This document shows, piece after piece, positions 48,381 to 61,921 of a stretch of 64,000 nt of DNA (its first letter is position 1; each line of letters starts with the position of its first letter). Source of the DNA: the human T2T-CHM13v2.0 reference genome, Homo sapiens; the NCBI RefSeq assembly GCF_009914755.1, contig NC_060936.1; one strand, written 5' to 3'. The notes below the pieces were generated by a model. It saw only the letters and a program-made list of their open reading frames with translations, did no database searches and was not told where the DNA came from. A program made the position numbers and the translations under genes.

Positions 48381-48525
48381 GCCTGCCATGGAAGCTGCTG
48401 AGGTAAGGGTGCGGCCCCAGGGAGTGGGCCTGCAGAGCCACCTTCCTGGCTGCCTTGCTGAGGACCACGAAGGCCGAGATGTGGCTTGGTTGGCATAGAA
48501 GGTTTATGAGTACCGGCAGGGACAC
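48381..48525 (-). pseudogene. MROH-like exon VSLPVLINLLCQPSHISAFVVLSKAARKVALQAHSLGPHPYLSSFHGR
   Basis: ccag|...|gtgagt, 145 nt; same 48-residue length as MROH1 VLWPYLLQFLTP...IQYDAH. Confidence 0.8.
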
Positions 48526-48766
48526 CTGGCAGGCGACACGCAAGGACCTCAACTCCAAGCCCAAATCAGTCCCCGTCATGAGTTCTCCAACCCCACAACC
48601 CTGGATCCCTTTCCTGGAGGGGCAGTAGAGGCCTGGACACACAGCCCGCTCTTCCCATGTGCTCACAGAGTCTCTGACTCCATCTCTGACTCTCCCTCTC
48701 TCGCTCTCTCCTCTCTTACCCCTTATTGCTAAAAGGTAACCAAGGTCCTTATGAAAATCACTATAG

Positions 48767-49170
48767 GCTGGATAAAGAAAATGTGGCACATATACATAAT
48801 GGAATACTATGCAGCCATAAAAAAGGATGAGTTCATGTCCTTTGCAGGGACATGGATGAAGCTGGAAACCATCATTCTCAGCAAACTAACACAAGAACAG
48901 AAAACCAAACACTACATGTTCTCACTCATAAGTGGGAGTTGAACAATGACAACACATGGACACAGGGAGGAGAACATCACACACCAGGGCCTGTCGGGGA
49001 GTGGGGGGCTAGGGGAGGGATAGCATTAGGAGAAATACCTAATGTAGATGACGAGTTGATGGGTGCAGCAAACCAACATGGCACATGTATACCTATGTAA
49101 CAAACCTGCACGTTCTGCACATGTACCCCAGAACTTAAAGTATAATAAAATAAATAAATAAATAAAAGAA
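48767..49170 (+). mobile_element. L1PA 3' end (5'-truncated)
   Basis: WIKKMWHIY...ISGS*; 3'UTR; A-rich tail; flanks GAAAATCAC. Confidence 0.93.
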
Positions 49171-49386
49171 AATCACACTAGGAAGGACGTGTTTAAACAG
49201 AGGGGCTTCTTAAAATTTGAAATTGTGCGACTTGTTATCGCCTTCACTGGGGAACATTCCAGAGAAGAGGAAATGTTAAAGGTCAGGAGACAGGGCTTGC
49301 TTGGAGGGAGAGCAGTTGTGCCTCCAGGAGGAGAGGAATTCACAGTCCTCCTACAGAAGGGGCAAGTGCAGCCCAGAGAGCAATGT

Positions 49387-49630
49387 ACTCAAGGGTCCAC
49401 AGCTAGAAACTGACCGAGGGACTCAAGGGTCCACAGCTAGAAACTGACCTAGAGACTCAAGGGTCCACAGCTAGAAACTGACCTACAGACTCAAGGGTCC
49501 ACAGCTAGAAACTGGCCGAGGAACTCAAGGGTCCATAACTAGAAACTGGCCGAGGGACTCAAGGGTCCACAGCTAGAAACTGGCCGAGGGACTCAAGGGT
49601 CCACAGCTAGAAACTGGCCGAGGGACTCAA
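49387..49630. repeat. 34-bp minisatellite (~7 copies) inside a MIR-like core
   Basis: ACTCAAGGGTCCACAGCTAGAAACTG(A/G)CCGAGGG. Confidence 0.95.
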
Positions 49631-49866
49631 ACTCAGGTCTCCAGAGTTACCTTCAATGCCCGTCTTTCGCTCCACTGAGTCACGTCTCAGAAGAGACCCC
49701 GACCTTTGAGCAGAAACAGATGGAGATCAGAAGGGGAGGAAGAGACACTACAAGGGGCTAGATGGAGGGGAGGGAGGAAGAAGGCAGTCTAAGGGGGCAG
49801 AATAGTGATCTTGGGAGGCAGGGGAGGAGGAAATGGAGAGGCCTCTTTGGCCCTACCTGTATGTAC

Positions 49867-49911
49867 CATTTGTAGAATCTTGGCACACATCTGCTGGGTA
49901 TCTTCTTCATT
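49867..49911 (-). pseudogene. MROH-like exon NEEDTQQMCAKILQM
   Basis: Strong polypyrimidine tract ccag|...|gtacat, 45 nt (an out-of-frame alternative donor lies at 49856). Confidence 0.7.
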
Positions 49912-50138
49912 CTGGAGAAACAAAAGAAAGGATCAAGACATGGAACCAATGCCAACTGAATCTCCCAGGTATTGGCCTCCCCTGGCCCACTGATCAGGGG
50001 TGTGGATGCCAAAGCACCTCCCTGTCAGGCCAGCCAGGCCCCTATTCTGTGTCTCTGCTCCCACCCCTTCCCTTCTCTGTCCCCTGCCCCTGGCTCACTC
50101 CACCCTCGGTCCCCTCACTTGCACCAGGTCCTGCTCAC

Positions 50139-50255
50139 TGAGGGCTCTGGCTGGCTGAGCCCAACAAGGTGGTGGATGATGATGTTCCCCTGGGGCAGAG
50201 TCATGTAGCTGTGCTGCCCCAGCGTCTTGATGAAGCTCAGCAGGGGCATGTGTAC
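50139..50255 (-). pseudogene. MROH-like exon VHMPLLSFIKTLGQHSYMTLPQGNIIIHHLVGLSQPEPS
   Basis: aag|...|gtgagc, 117 nt; cf. MROH1 VKRAVVQVISAMAHHGYLEQPGGEAMIEYIVQQCALPPEQE. Confidence 0.82.
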
Positions 50256-51201
50256 CTTTGGGTCACAGACCATCACATGCATGACAGGAAGGGGCTGCAG
50301 GATGGCCTCTTGTTCCAGGTGAGCACACAGTGGACCAGAGCAGGTCAGGGAGGTCTTCAAGGACCTCAGGCCTCCTGACTCCAAGTCCACTGTGACTCTT
50401 CAGTGGGTGCTGTGGCTGTGACAGACCACCCGTGACTGGACCTGCCCACTTCTGTCCTCTGCTCTGAAGTTCCGATCCACTCCAGCTCTGTCATCCTCCT
50501 GGAGAACTCCAAGAACTTACTTCCCATACTTCATATGCCCGCAGATACTGAAATTGGCAGGAGTGTTGGTGGAGGGGAATCCAAGTGAAGGAAAGGTCTC
50601 ATGTTTTGGCCTCTGTAGGGAAAGCCAGGAAGCAATCTGGCAAGTCCTGAGGGCCCAGCCCTCAAGAGCCCAGCCTCCTGTGACCCTTCTGGAAATTGGG
50701 CCCTTGTTTTTCAGGCTGATGCATTGTTCTCTATTTAACACTCAAAACCAGCATGCCCTGCTGCAGCTATCCCAACGCACTGTCCTACACCATCCAGAGC
50801 TGGGAGTCTCTGCTGCCTGCACCCCTGACTGCAGAGCTGCTTAAAAATACAGCTTCTCAGGTCCCACTCCAGCCATGAAGCCCAAGGCTTTCTCCTCCCA
50901 AGAAACCTGTGGGTTCTTGGGGCCTGAGTCAGTGTCATTTGGAGCCCTGAGGACACAACAGTGCCGCCCACAGAACAGGCTCAGAAGGGGGCATTTAGGC
51001 ACCACCTCTCCACTTCTCAAACTCTTCTCTGGTTTTAAAGAACCCAAATGGAACTGAAGGACAGGGGTCTGAGCCTGAATTGGCTTGATGAGGGTGCCTT
51101 CCTACTCATTCCCTATCTCCCTCTCCTCTCCATTTACATGACACCAGGGTCTCAAGAAAGCAATTGCCCTCCCAGCACAGACACACGGCCTCTATGCTCA
51201 C

Positions 51202-51275
51202 AGGTCTCAGATCTTTCTGTATCAGCAGAACCACTGAACTCATCACCTCCTTCTTCAAGGTCTCCCTCTGGGGCA
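51202..51275 (-). pseudogene. MROH-like exon PQRETLKKEVMSSVVLLIQKDLRP
   Basis: ttttctctag|...|gtgagc, 74 nt; cf. MROH1 AQMEDKKPFILSSMRLPLLDTNSK. Confidence 0.8.
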
Positions 51276-52253
51276 CTAGAGAAAACACAGGCGTGCAGCT
51301 GGAGGTCAGCCTCCACCCCGCCTCTGCTGCTTGGGGAGACATCAGATGACAGCCGGGCGGGAGGAACACCAGGTACAGTCCTGGCCGTCAAAGGCCAGGT
51401 GGAGTCTCCACAGGCATCTCAGCCATCCCTGTGCCTCCAACCACACTGAAACCCACCAGCCTGGCCAGTACTTTCCACAGGAGGGCATTTGAGCCCCAAC
51501 CCTCGCTGGTCTCCATGACTGCCCACACAAATCCGCCTCTCCAGCCAAGCTGTCCTCTCCTCTGTCCATCTCAACCTTTCCAACCTCAGCTGCTGCTCCT
51601 CTCCCCTGTGGCCTCCTTGTCCTGATCCATGGTCACAGGCTCCTCTCTACTTTTGGCCCATCCCCTCTGTAAAGCCCACCCCGGCTTCCCTGACCTCCTC
51701 CTGCTTGCCTTCCTGTCGGCATCGCCGCTCCCGTCTAAGCAGCCCAGTGCATGTTGTCCCGCACTGTCGCCATGTGGACAGCCTCGCCCCCTACCCTACA
51801 GTGAGCTCGCTAAGGGCAGGGGCTGTCTTCTGTATGTGTATTCTCCGTGCCTGTCACAGTGCTTAGTGCACAGCGAAAGCTTAACATCCATACCTGACTG
51901 GAGGTGAAGCCTGCTCTTCCAGGCGGTAATCACAGATAAACCACTATAAAACCAGCTGCAGAGCAGGCCCTGTTCTCAGCACCTCACATTTATTCACTCC
52001 ACCCTCACTAAAAATCCCTAAAGGTAACAATTATTTTTACCTCTGTTTTTCAAATGAGGAAATAGAGGCACAGACTAAAAGTCATTTGCTCTAGGCCACA
52101 TAGCTAGTGAGAAGCACAGCCAAGATCCCAACCCACTGAGATGACTGCATTTAAAATCGTGCTTCTAACTACTATACCAGACTGTCTCCAGAGAAAGGAG
52201 ATTTCCTGGGAACGATCAAGTCCTAGAACCCCAGGACCATGCCCCATTCCCAC

Positions 52254-52370
52254 TCCCTCTACAGGACACATCCCTGAAGACTTGCGGGGTTGTCACTGCC
52301 TTGGCAGACTCCTCGGGTTTGACGATGTTTTCCAGCAAAATCACCAGCTGATCCCTGCCATATAACTTGG
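52254..52370 (-). pseudogene. MROH-like exon (T)KLYGRDQLVILLENIVKPEESAKAVTTPQVFRDVSCRG
   Basis: tag|...|gtggga, 117 nt; cf. MROH1 ACSSPDRLLAFLLPRLDTSNERTRVGTLQVVRHVINSA. Confidence 0.8.
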
Positions 52371-52923
52371 CTATCAGAAGGATGTGAATACAGGGCAGTC
52401 AGGGGTATGTTTAAACGGGAGGTAATACCCAGGCTTAAATCATGCTCACAGCAAACCACTGACCATGACTTGGATGAAAGAAAAAGAAAGAGAACCAGGT
52501 CCACCCAGCATTTGCCATGTGCCGAGCATGTGCCAGGTGCCCCTCCTGCCCCACATACCTGCCCACAGGCAGCACACTGTGCCCATCAGTGCTGTCCTGT
52601 CATAAGCACCTTTCTGAAATAGGGATCATGCCAGGAGAAAGGGGAGTCAGCCCCAGGTGAGGCAGTGGGAACAATAGGGGTGGGGTGGGGCCATGGCTAT
52701 GCCCTTTCTGATTCACTCAATTTCAGGCAAAGTTCTCATTAATTACTTTGAATCTTGTCTCGGAGGTTGGAACCCCCACCTTCCCATAGGAACCTAGGCC
52801 CCAACTCCGGCCCAGGGAGAGACTAAAGGGGTCCTGAGTTCACATGTGGGCACACACACATGCATGCATGTGCACACACATATGCACACGCACACACATG
52901 GCTAGGAAAACATATGAACTTAC

Positions 52924-52999
52924 TCAGTATGTTGAAAGCCCTCAGAGCTAAGCTATGGTTCAGCATGGAGTAACAATCCGAGTAGTATTTGCCACTTAT
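52924..52999 (-). pseudogene. MROH-like exon ISGKYYSDCYSMLNHSLALRAFNIL
   Basis: tacag|...|gtaagt, 76 nt; cf. MROH1 ICVPVESSSPLVMSNQKEVLRCFTVL. Confidence 0.8.
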
Positions 53000-53563
53000 C
53001 TGTAGGGAGACCAAGGCCTTCAGGCCCAGGAGGATGGAAACCAGGGATCCTACATGTGGAGGAGGAAACTGAGGCATGAAGCCATGCAGTGCATGGCACC
53101 AGGCTGTAAGGAGAGCAGAAAAGTGGAGCCCAGGAATCCACTCCCGGCCCCAGAGGGAACAAGACAGAGGCCAGCCAATTAAATATAAGGAAGGCATCAT
53201 CCTTTTGCAAAATGTTCAATTGTCCTCTGCCTACTCCACAACACAGAAGACCTGGCACCTCCCACGGGCTGAAGGAGGGCCTTGAACCTTCTGCCTTTTC
53301 CCTAGAGTCCAGGGGGAGCCACAGAGGCTTGTCACCCCAGAAAGCACACAGGATGTATCCAAGTTACCTCATGGAAAACGTCCCACTCTGTGCCCAGAAT
53401 CCAGGCATTTGCCTGTTTCAGAGAAGCCTGCAATGTGTGCAGCAAAGGTCACCATGTCAAAGACCCCTGTACCGTCTGGAGATGGTGACCTGGTCTGAGG
53501 AAGTCATCACCACCAAAGAAGAGAGAGGGCAAGGACAGGATGCCTCCGGCCTGCCGCACCCAC

Positions 53564-53662
53564 CAGCTGGAACAGCACCCCTGTGATATTCCCCAGCTGG
53601 GACTCCAAGTTAACACCTCCACAGCCACTGAGAGCCAGAGTCTCGGCCAGCTGGCAAATGCA
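53564..53662 (-). pseudogene. MROH-like exon CICQLAETLALSGCGGVNLESQLGNITGVLFQL
   Basis: cag|...|gtgggt, 99 nt; cf. MROH1 SLGQILEAAVSVGSRTLETQLDALLAALHSQ. Confidence 0.8.
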
Positions 53663-54059
53663 CTGTGTGCACAAGGACAGAGTCAGGACAGGTCGTCCCA
53701 GCCCTTTCCACAGCCTCAAGGGAAGTACTCCTTCCTCATGTCTTCCAGGTTGGTCCAAGCCCTTATGATTTCACATGGCCCTCTCGAGCCTTCGAGGCAG
53801 GACCAGGGTGCAGCTCTCCCGTCACTCAACACAACCAGGACTGGACCCCTCACCCAAGACGCTGCACTTATTTTCAAAGAACCTCACTACTCCAAGAAAA
53901 CCTTAAGGGAATCCAACACTGCAAGTGTTGGGTGACCTGAAAGAAACAGGAGTCAATCTAAGCATCCATCAACAGACAAATGGATAAAGAAATTGTGGCA
54001 TATATTTAACAATGGAATATGATTTTAAAATGCAAATAAAAATCCTATAACATCGGCCT

Positions 54060-54430
54060 AACAGAGGCAGAATTCTGAGATGACCCCCAAAATTCCAGGG
54101 CCCTGGTATACACACATCTTCTGTCAGTTACTCAGTCACGCAGTAATCTCAGTGTTGATGGGAAGGGATTTTGCAGTTGACATTTATATAGGGGGATGAT
54201 CCCTGTGGGCTTGACCTAACCACATGAGCTGTTCTACATCTGGGCCTAGAGGTCAGAGGAAGGGAAGGCAGAGAGACTCAAGGGCAAGAGGGATCCAATG
54301 AGGAAGCATTGCTGGCTCCGAAGCTGGAGGGTGCCTCAGGGCAAGGAACATGAGTGGCCTCCTTGAGGTGAGAGTTGCCCCTGGCTGACATCCAGCTGGA
54401 AAACAGGGAATTCAGTCCTACAATCATGAA
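54060..54430 (+). mobile_element. MaLR LTR (MLT1F-like)
   Basis: GGCAGAATTCTGAGATGACCCCCAA...GGGAATTCAGTCCTACAATCATGAAG. Confidence 0.65.
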
Positions 54431-55759
54431 GAGTCCATATTTTGGTAATTTGTGACACATCAAGAGAAAACGGATGCAGCTCCACACTGTGCTTTCATGG
54501 CCATCCTCCTGACTGAGCCTCGTCCCACCCTTGGGAGGCGGGCGCGCTGTTACCATTTTACGGATGAGAAGGAGGCGGCTCCGGAAAGGCGAGGGATCGG
54601 CTCCAGGCCTCACCCCCAGTAAATACCACTTGAACGCCAGTGGTCTGCACAGGAAGCCTGGCCACACTGCCTCCTGTGCATGCTCCTTCCAGGACTGCTG
54701 TGAGGACAGAGGTGTAAGAGCACCGCACAAAGACCTGCGCGCAGGAAAGACGGCTCATCACTGAGTTAAGGCGGTGAGAGTTCTTAGCGAGTGCCTTGGG
54801 TCTCAGGGTCACCCTCCAGGAAATGGCCAAGTCGCACCAGGATTCATGACTGCTCCATGATTTGTCTCCCCGTCGTCTTCTGCAGTGACTGCTGAGAAAC
54901 GTAGCTTGCTTGTCCATCCAACACACAGGGCATGTCCTACGGAGATGCCCCAGAAACTTCTCCCCACGCACAGTGGCCTTTGACAAAGGGGGCAGGGCCA
55001 CTCAGGACACGTGCATTCTGACCAGCCTAGGCCTTGAGCCAGTGTGTCAAGGTCACACGGAGGTCTCCTGGGTCACACTGCTCTCTTTCTCTGTGCCTCT
55101 TCTTTCCTCAGAGCCCCTTCTCACATCCCTATTCCCCGCAGAAATCTGCACTCCCCATCACCCCAGCTAAACCTTGTTGTTAGTCATTCTTTCTCACTAA
55201 GGCATAAACTGCAGCAGCATAAAGAGGAGTTCTGCACCTGGGGATTAGGGATGAGTTTCACAGGGCCTGAGACTCTCCGGGATTGTGTGCAAAATCCTGT
55301 GCAAATGTGTCTTTCACCAGCTTCTCAAAGGGCCCTGAGTCTCCAAAGGGGTCCAAGAATCCCGGATAAACCATTTTCCCAAAGTTCACGCAACCTGGCT
55401 CTTCAGTGCTTCTGTGTGTTTTATAAAACATGACTGCATCGCAGTCCCCAGGCAGCAGTCATCGCAGGCTCTGCAGGACCACGCGACAGCAAGCATCCAT
55501 GAAATGGGAGGATGCTCCGGCCACGGGAGCATTTCCAGGGCATACAGAGGGCTTTTCTCTGCCCCTTGATTTCACTCCACGGAGTCAGCACCTTCTCATC
55601 TACCCAAAAGGTGGCCCCAACAGCTGGCCCTGCAGTGAAAAGGTTCTCCATGCTCATGCTGTTCCCTCTAATTGGTTTTTGTTTGTGAGCTGAGATTGCA
55701 CGACTGCCCTCCAGCCTGGCAGACAGAGTGAGACTCTGTCTCAAAAAAAGGAAAAAAGA

Positions 55760-57220
55760 AAAATTGGATATACTTTGGATATCATTTGGATATTTATGGT
55801 GCACAATGTAGTGTTTTTCAAATATGAGCACGCTGAGTTATGTAACATGCATGGCCTCACACACTTACCATTTTTTGTGGTGAGAACACTTCAAACCTAC
55901 TCTCTTCACAATTTTCCTGCCTGCACTGTGGTGTTGTTAACTCTAATCACCGTGTTATACAGCAGATCTCTGGAACTTCTTCCTCCTGCTTAACTCTGAC
56001 AAACATTTCCCCAACCTGCACCCCCAGCCCTTGATAACCACCATTCTACTCTCTGTTCCTATGAGTTCAACTTTTTCAGCTTCCACATGTAAGTGACACT
56101 GTGTGGTTTTGCTTTTCTGTGTGGTTTCTGGCTTATTTGCTTAATGTTATGAATGCCCTTCGTATTCATTCATGTCACAAATGTCCTTTTTTTTTTTTTT
56201 TTTTTTTGAGACGGAGTTTTGCTCTTGTTGCCCAGGCTGAAGTGCAATCTTGCAATCTCAGCTCACCACAACCTCCGCCTCCCCAGGTTCAAACAATTCT
56301 CCTGCCTCAATCTCCCAAGTAGCTGGGATTACAGGCATGCGCCACCATGCCTGGCTAATTTTGTATTTTTAGTAGAGACGGGGTTTCTCCATGTTGGTCA
56401 GGCTGGTCTCGAATTCCCAACCTCAGGTGATCCACCTGCCTCAGCCTCCCAAAGTGCTGGGACTACAGGTGTGAGTTACTGCATTCGGCCAGGATTTCCT
56501 TCTTTTTAAAGGCTAAATCATATTCCATTGTTATATATATGCCCCATTTCCTTTATCCATTCATCTGCTGATGTAGGCTTAGGTTGATTCCATTTCTCAG
56601 CTATTGTGAATAGTGCTGCAGTGCACCTGGGGGTACACATATCTTAGAGGAAAAGCTTACAACTTTATCCCATTCTGTATGATGTTAGCTTTGGGCTTGC
56701 CATATACAGCCTTATTGCATTGTGGTACAGTCTTTCTATATCAAATTTGTTGAGAGTTTTCATTATGATAGAATGTTGAATTTTGTCAAATGCTTTCTTT
56801 GCATCCACAGAGATGATCCTATGGTTTTAGTCCTCCATTCTATGACTGTAGCATGTCCTATTTATAGACTTGTGTACACTCAACCACGCTTGTATCCCTG
56901 AGATAACTCCCACTTGATCATGGTGAATGATCTTTTTAATGTGCTATTGAATTCGATTTACTAGTATTAGATTGAGGATTTTTGCATCTATGTTCATCAT
57001 GGATCTTGGCCTGTAATGTTCTTGTAGTGTCCTCCTCTGGTTTTGGCCTCATAATTTTCTCCCAGATTTTGGGAAAAGTTGGAGCAGGATTGTTATTAGT
57101 TCTTCTTGAAATGTTTGGTAGAATTCAGCAGTGAAGCCATCAGATCCTGGGCTTTTCTGTGATAGGAGACCTTTTATTACTGATTCAATCTCCTGGCTCG
57201 TTATGTAATGGTCTGTTATG
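55760..57220 (-). mobile_element. L1MA/MB fragments containing an AluSp-like element (56187-56490, -)
   Basis: Antisense L1 3'UTR and ORF2 fragment ([16 protein letters not shown]); Alu with GCTCTTGTTGCCC and TTTCTCCATGTTGGTCAGG. Confidence 0.85.
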
Positions 57221-57494
57221 TCTGCCTCATTCTTCAAGGTGCAATTCAAACCTGGCCTCTTCTGAGAAGCCTTCCTGAAATCCCTCCAGGCAGAACTAAT
57301 CCCTTCTTCTCTGGGCTCCAATAGCTGGTAATGCAGCCCTGCTGGTAATGCAGCACGTACCACGCCCAAGAACAGTTGTGAGGGTTTCCCTCCCCATAGA
57401 TAGAAAGCAGCTCCAAGACAAGCAGAGTGACTTGCACTTCCCTCTCTCCCTAGCCCTGTATAGGGAGCTATCCAGTCAATGTGGGATGATTGAC

Positions 57495-57705
57495 TCAGGG
57501 CTCAGCAAACTTTCTCGGTACAGGATCCAAGAGGAAGTAACTGAGGTTTTGTGAGCCATACATGGGGTCTCTGTAGCAATTGCTCAACTCTGCCTTGCCG
57601 CACAGAGGCAGCCCTGGATAATATGCAAACTATATGCAAATGAGCAGCCTGGCTGAATTCCAGTGAAAACTTACAGCATCAGGTGTCAGGCTGGAGTTGG
57701 CCTAA
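57495..57705. mobile_element. MER58A-like hAT MITE
   Basis: CAGGGCTCAGCAAACTTTCT...CTCAACTCTGCC. Confidence 0.65.
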
Positions 57706-57714
57706 GCTACAAAA

Positions 57715-58015
57715 GACAGGTTAGGGAGATGGACAATGGGTAGGAAAATACAGTTAGATAGAATGATTGCGATCTAGTGTTTGGTAGCACGATAAGGTGG
57801 CTGTAGTTAACAATATTATATATTTCAAAATAACTGACGGAGTGAAATTGGAATGTTCCTAACCCAAAGAATTGATGAATGTGTCAGGTGATGGATATCC
57901 CAATTGCTCTAATTTGATTATTACACATTGTATGCTTGCATCAAAATAGCACAGGTACCCTATAAATATGTACAACTAGTATGTATCCATATTAATTAAA
58001 TATAAAAAAATTAAG
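57715..58015 (+). mobile_element. L1MA 3' end
   Basis: L1MA 3'UTR; TSD AAGACAGGTTA. Confidence 0.8.
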
Positions 58016-58732
58016 ACAGGTTATAAAGAGCATAGATAACATTGTTTTAGACATATCCAATGATATGGATAATGGAGTTAGGTATATCCAGATTATACAG
58101 TTATGTATGTGTAAACCACATATATACACATATCTATACACATATGTATGTGTACATAGACAAAAACATATGAATGCACAGATAAAACTGAAAGGGCATA
58201 CATCAAAATGGTAACATATCCAGATGGTAGATTTAGATATAATTTTTCTTTTCTTCTAAGGGTTTTTTAATATATTCTGAAATATTTAATATATTCTGAA
58301 ATAAACATGTTACTTTGTCACTTTTAAAATGTTATTTTTAAGAATGTTCTCTTAAAAATGCATTTAAACTGACAAATTAGAAAGTGATCTAGTAAAAGCA
58401 AGGAGGCTTGTAGATAAATCCTAATTCTAGTGAGTACAACAAATATTTTTTAACAAATATTTTCCATATGCTGATATTTATAAGAGCATTTAAGATAAAT
58501 CTAGTATAAATGCTGAACTCAGAGTGAGTAAAAATGACAAATACTTATAGGACAATGCATGCAATATTATAGGTGCATACAATGCTCTGAAATGATACAG
58601 AGGAGGGCATAATTAACTCTGCAGGAGTTAGGAGGAGGTTCAAAGAAGAGGGCCTGGTGAGTACGGATTTTCAGAATGTAAAGGAATAGAGGGGATGATG
58701 TGAAAGGAGGAACCTCCCAAAACAAGACAGCA

Positions 58733-59205
<473 letters not shown>

Positions 59206-59713
59206 TTAAAGCATGCCAGGCACACCTGACCTTAGTGCCAGGAACTGGAGTGCTTGAAGTAGCTGCAGACAGATTAGCAGCTAGTAACCCATTAAAATGG
59301 ATAAAATCTCATTCCAGTAAACCCACAACCTTCCAGCGTGGGCCTCATGGCCATCACAAATATGTCACAGTGCTGCAGAGATTTTGTTTATGGCCAGTTC
59401 TGGGGCCAGTTTATGGCCAGATTTTGGGGCCTGTTCCCAACACTTCATCATGTTGGTCAGGCTGGTCTCAAACTCCTAGCTTCACGACCCGCTCTCCTTG
59501 GCCTCCCAAGTGCTGACGTGAGCCACTGTGCCTGGCCTAAGAACATACATGAATGTCCAATAAGCACATTAAAAAGCGCTCAACATCTCTAGTCACTAGG
59601 AAAATGTAAATTGATCCACAATGAGATGTCACTTCACACCCACTAGAACGACTATAACCAATCAGCAGATAACAGCGAGTGTTGGAGAGGATGTGGAGAA
59701 ATCAAAATCCTCA

Positions 59714-60649
<936 letters not shown>

Positions 60650-61166
60650 TCAAAATGTTAAAAACAGAATTGCCTTAAACCCAGCAACTTCACTTCTAAG
60701 TATGTACCCAGGGAAGATGAAAATGTATGTCCACACAAAGGCTTGTATGTGAATGTTCATGGCAGCACCATTCACAAGAACCAAAAGGTCAAGACAACCC
60801 AAATGCCCATCAACGGGCAAAGGGATTAAAACATGGAACATACAATGGAATACTGTTCAGCAATCAAAAGGAAGTTCTGGTGCATGCTACTACATTGATC
60901 AACCTCAACAATGCAATGCTTCATGAAAGAAGCCAGATGCAAAAGAACTCACATTGCCTGATTCAGTTTATATGAAATATCCAGAACAGCCTAATATAGA
61001 GACAGAAAGTAGACAACTTGTTGCCTAGGGCTGGGGATGAGAATGAAAAGTAACTCTGATGGGCACAAGTTTCTTTCTGGGATGATAGAATGTTCCAGAA
61101 GTAGATTTTGGTGATGGTTGCACAATTCTGTAAATATACCAAATATACTAAAAATCATTGAACTGG

Positions 61167-61380
61167 ACCAGTGTGGTGGTTCACATCATCAATCTCAGCA
61201 CTTTGGGAGGCTGAGGCAGGAGGGTCACTTGAGCCTAGTAGTTTGAGACCAGCCTTGGCAACATAGGGAGACCCCATCTTTCCAAATAATTGAGAAATTT
61301 GTTGGGCATGGTGACACACGCCTGTAGTCCCAGCTATTCCGTAGGCTGAGGCAGGAGGATGGCCTGAGCCCAGGAGGTCT
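61167..61380 (+). mobile_element. Partial AluJ
   Basis: Degenerate Alu, 3' truncated. Confidence 0.8.
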
Positions 61381-61609
61381 CAGGTCTTAGCATGGCCAAG
61401 GAGGACAGCCCTCCGTGATCCTCCCCCTTTCTGAGATCCTCCTCCTGCCCCCAGTGCTCTGTGTTCAAACCTGAGCGCACCCTGTAGCATCACACTCAGC
61501 CCCGACTCCCCTGCCTGGGGTGCCCTGCCTGGCCTAGGAACCGGAAAAACCTACCCGCTTCCAAGACTCAGCTCAAGCACCTCTTCCTGCTGGCTGTGTG
61601 GGGTATAGT

Positions 61610-61921
<312 letters not shown>

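Larger units (their letters stand above)
45464..53662 (-). pseudogene. Multi-exon MROH (maestro HEAT-like repeat) family pseudogene fragment, 9 exons
   Basis: Exons in transcript order: 53564-53662, 52924-52999, 52254-52370, 51202-51275, 50139-50255, 49867-49911, 48381-48525, 46985-47025, 45464-45623. Phases chain 0-0, 0-1, 1-1, 1-0, 0-0, 0-0, 0-1, 1-0, 0-1; peptides are colinear with recalled MROH1 exons. Confidence 0.85.

Noticed and set aside
50256-50390. Upstream part of ORF 50115-50390 (LEQEAILQPLPVMHVMVCDPK) as MROH coding sequence
   Set aside because: The expected 74-nt exon is at 51202-51275 with clean splice sites, so this stretch is better read as intron
53853-53937. AG/GT-bounded minus-strand segment as an upstream MROH exon
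   Set aside because: Contains stops, has the wrong length, and its acceptor abuts an L1M fragment
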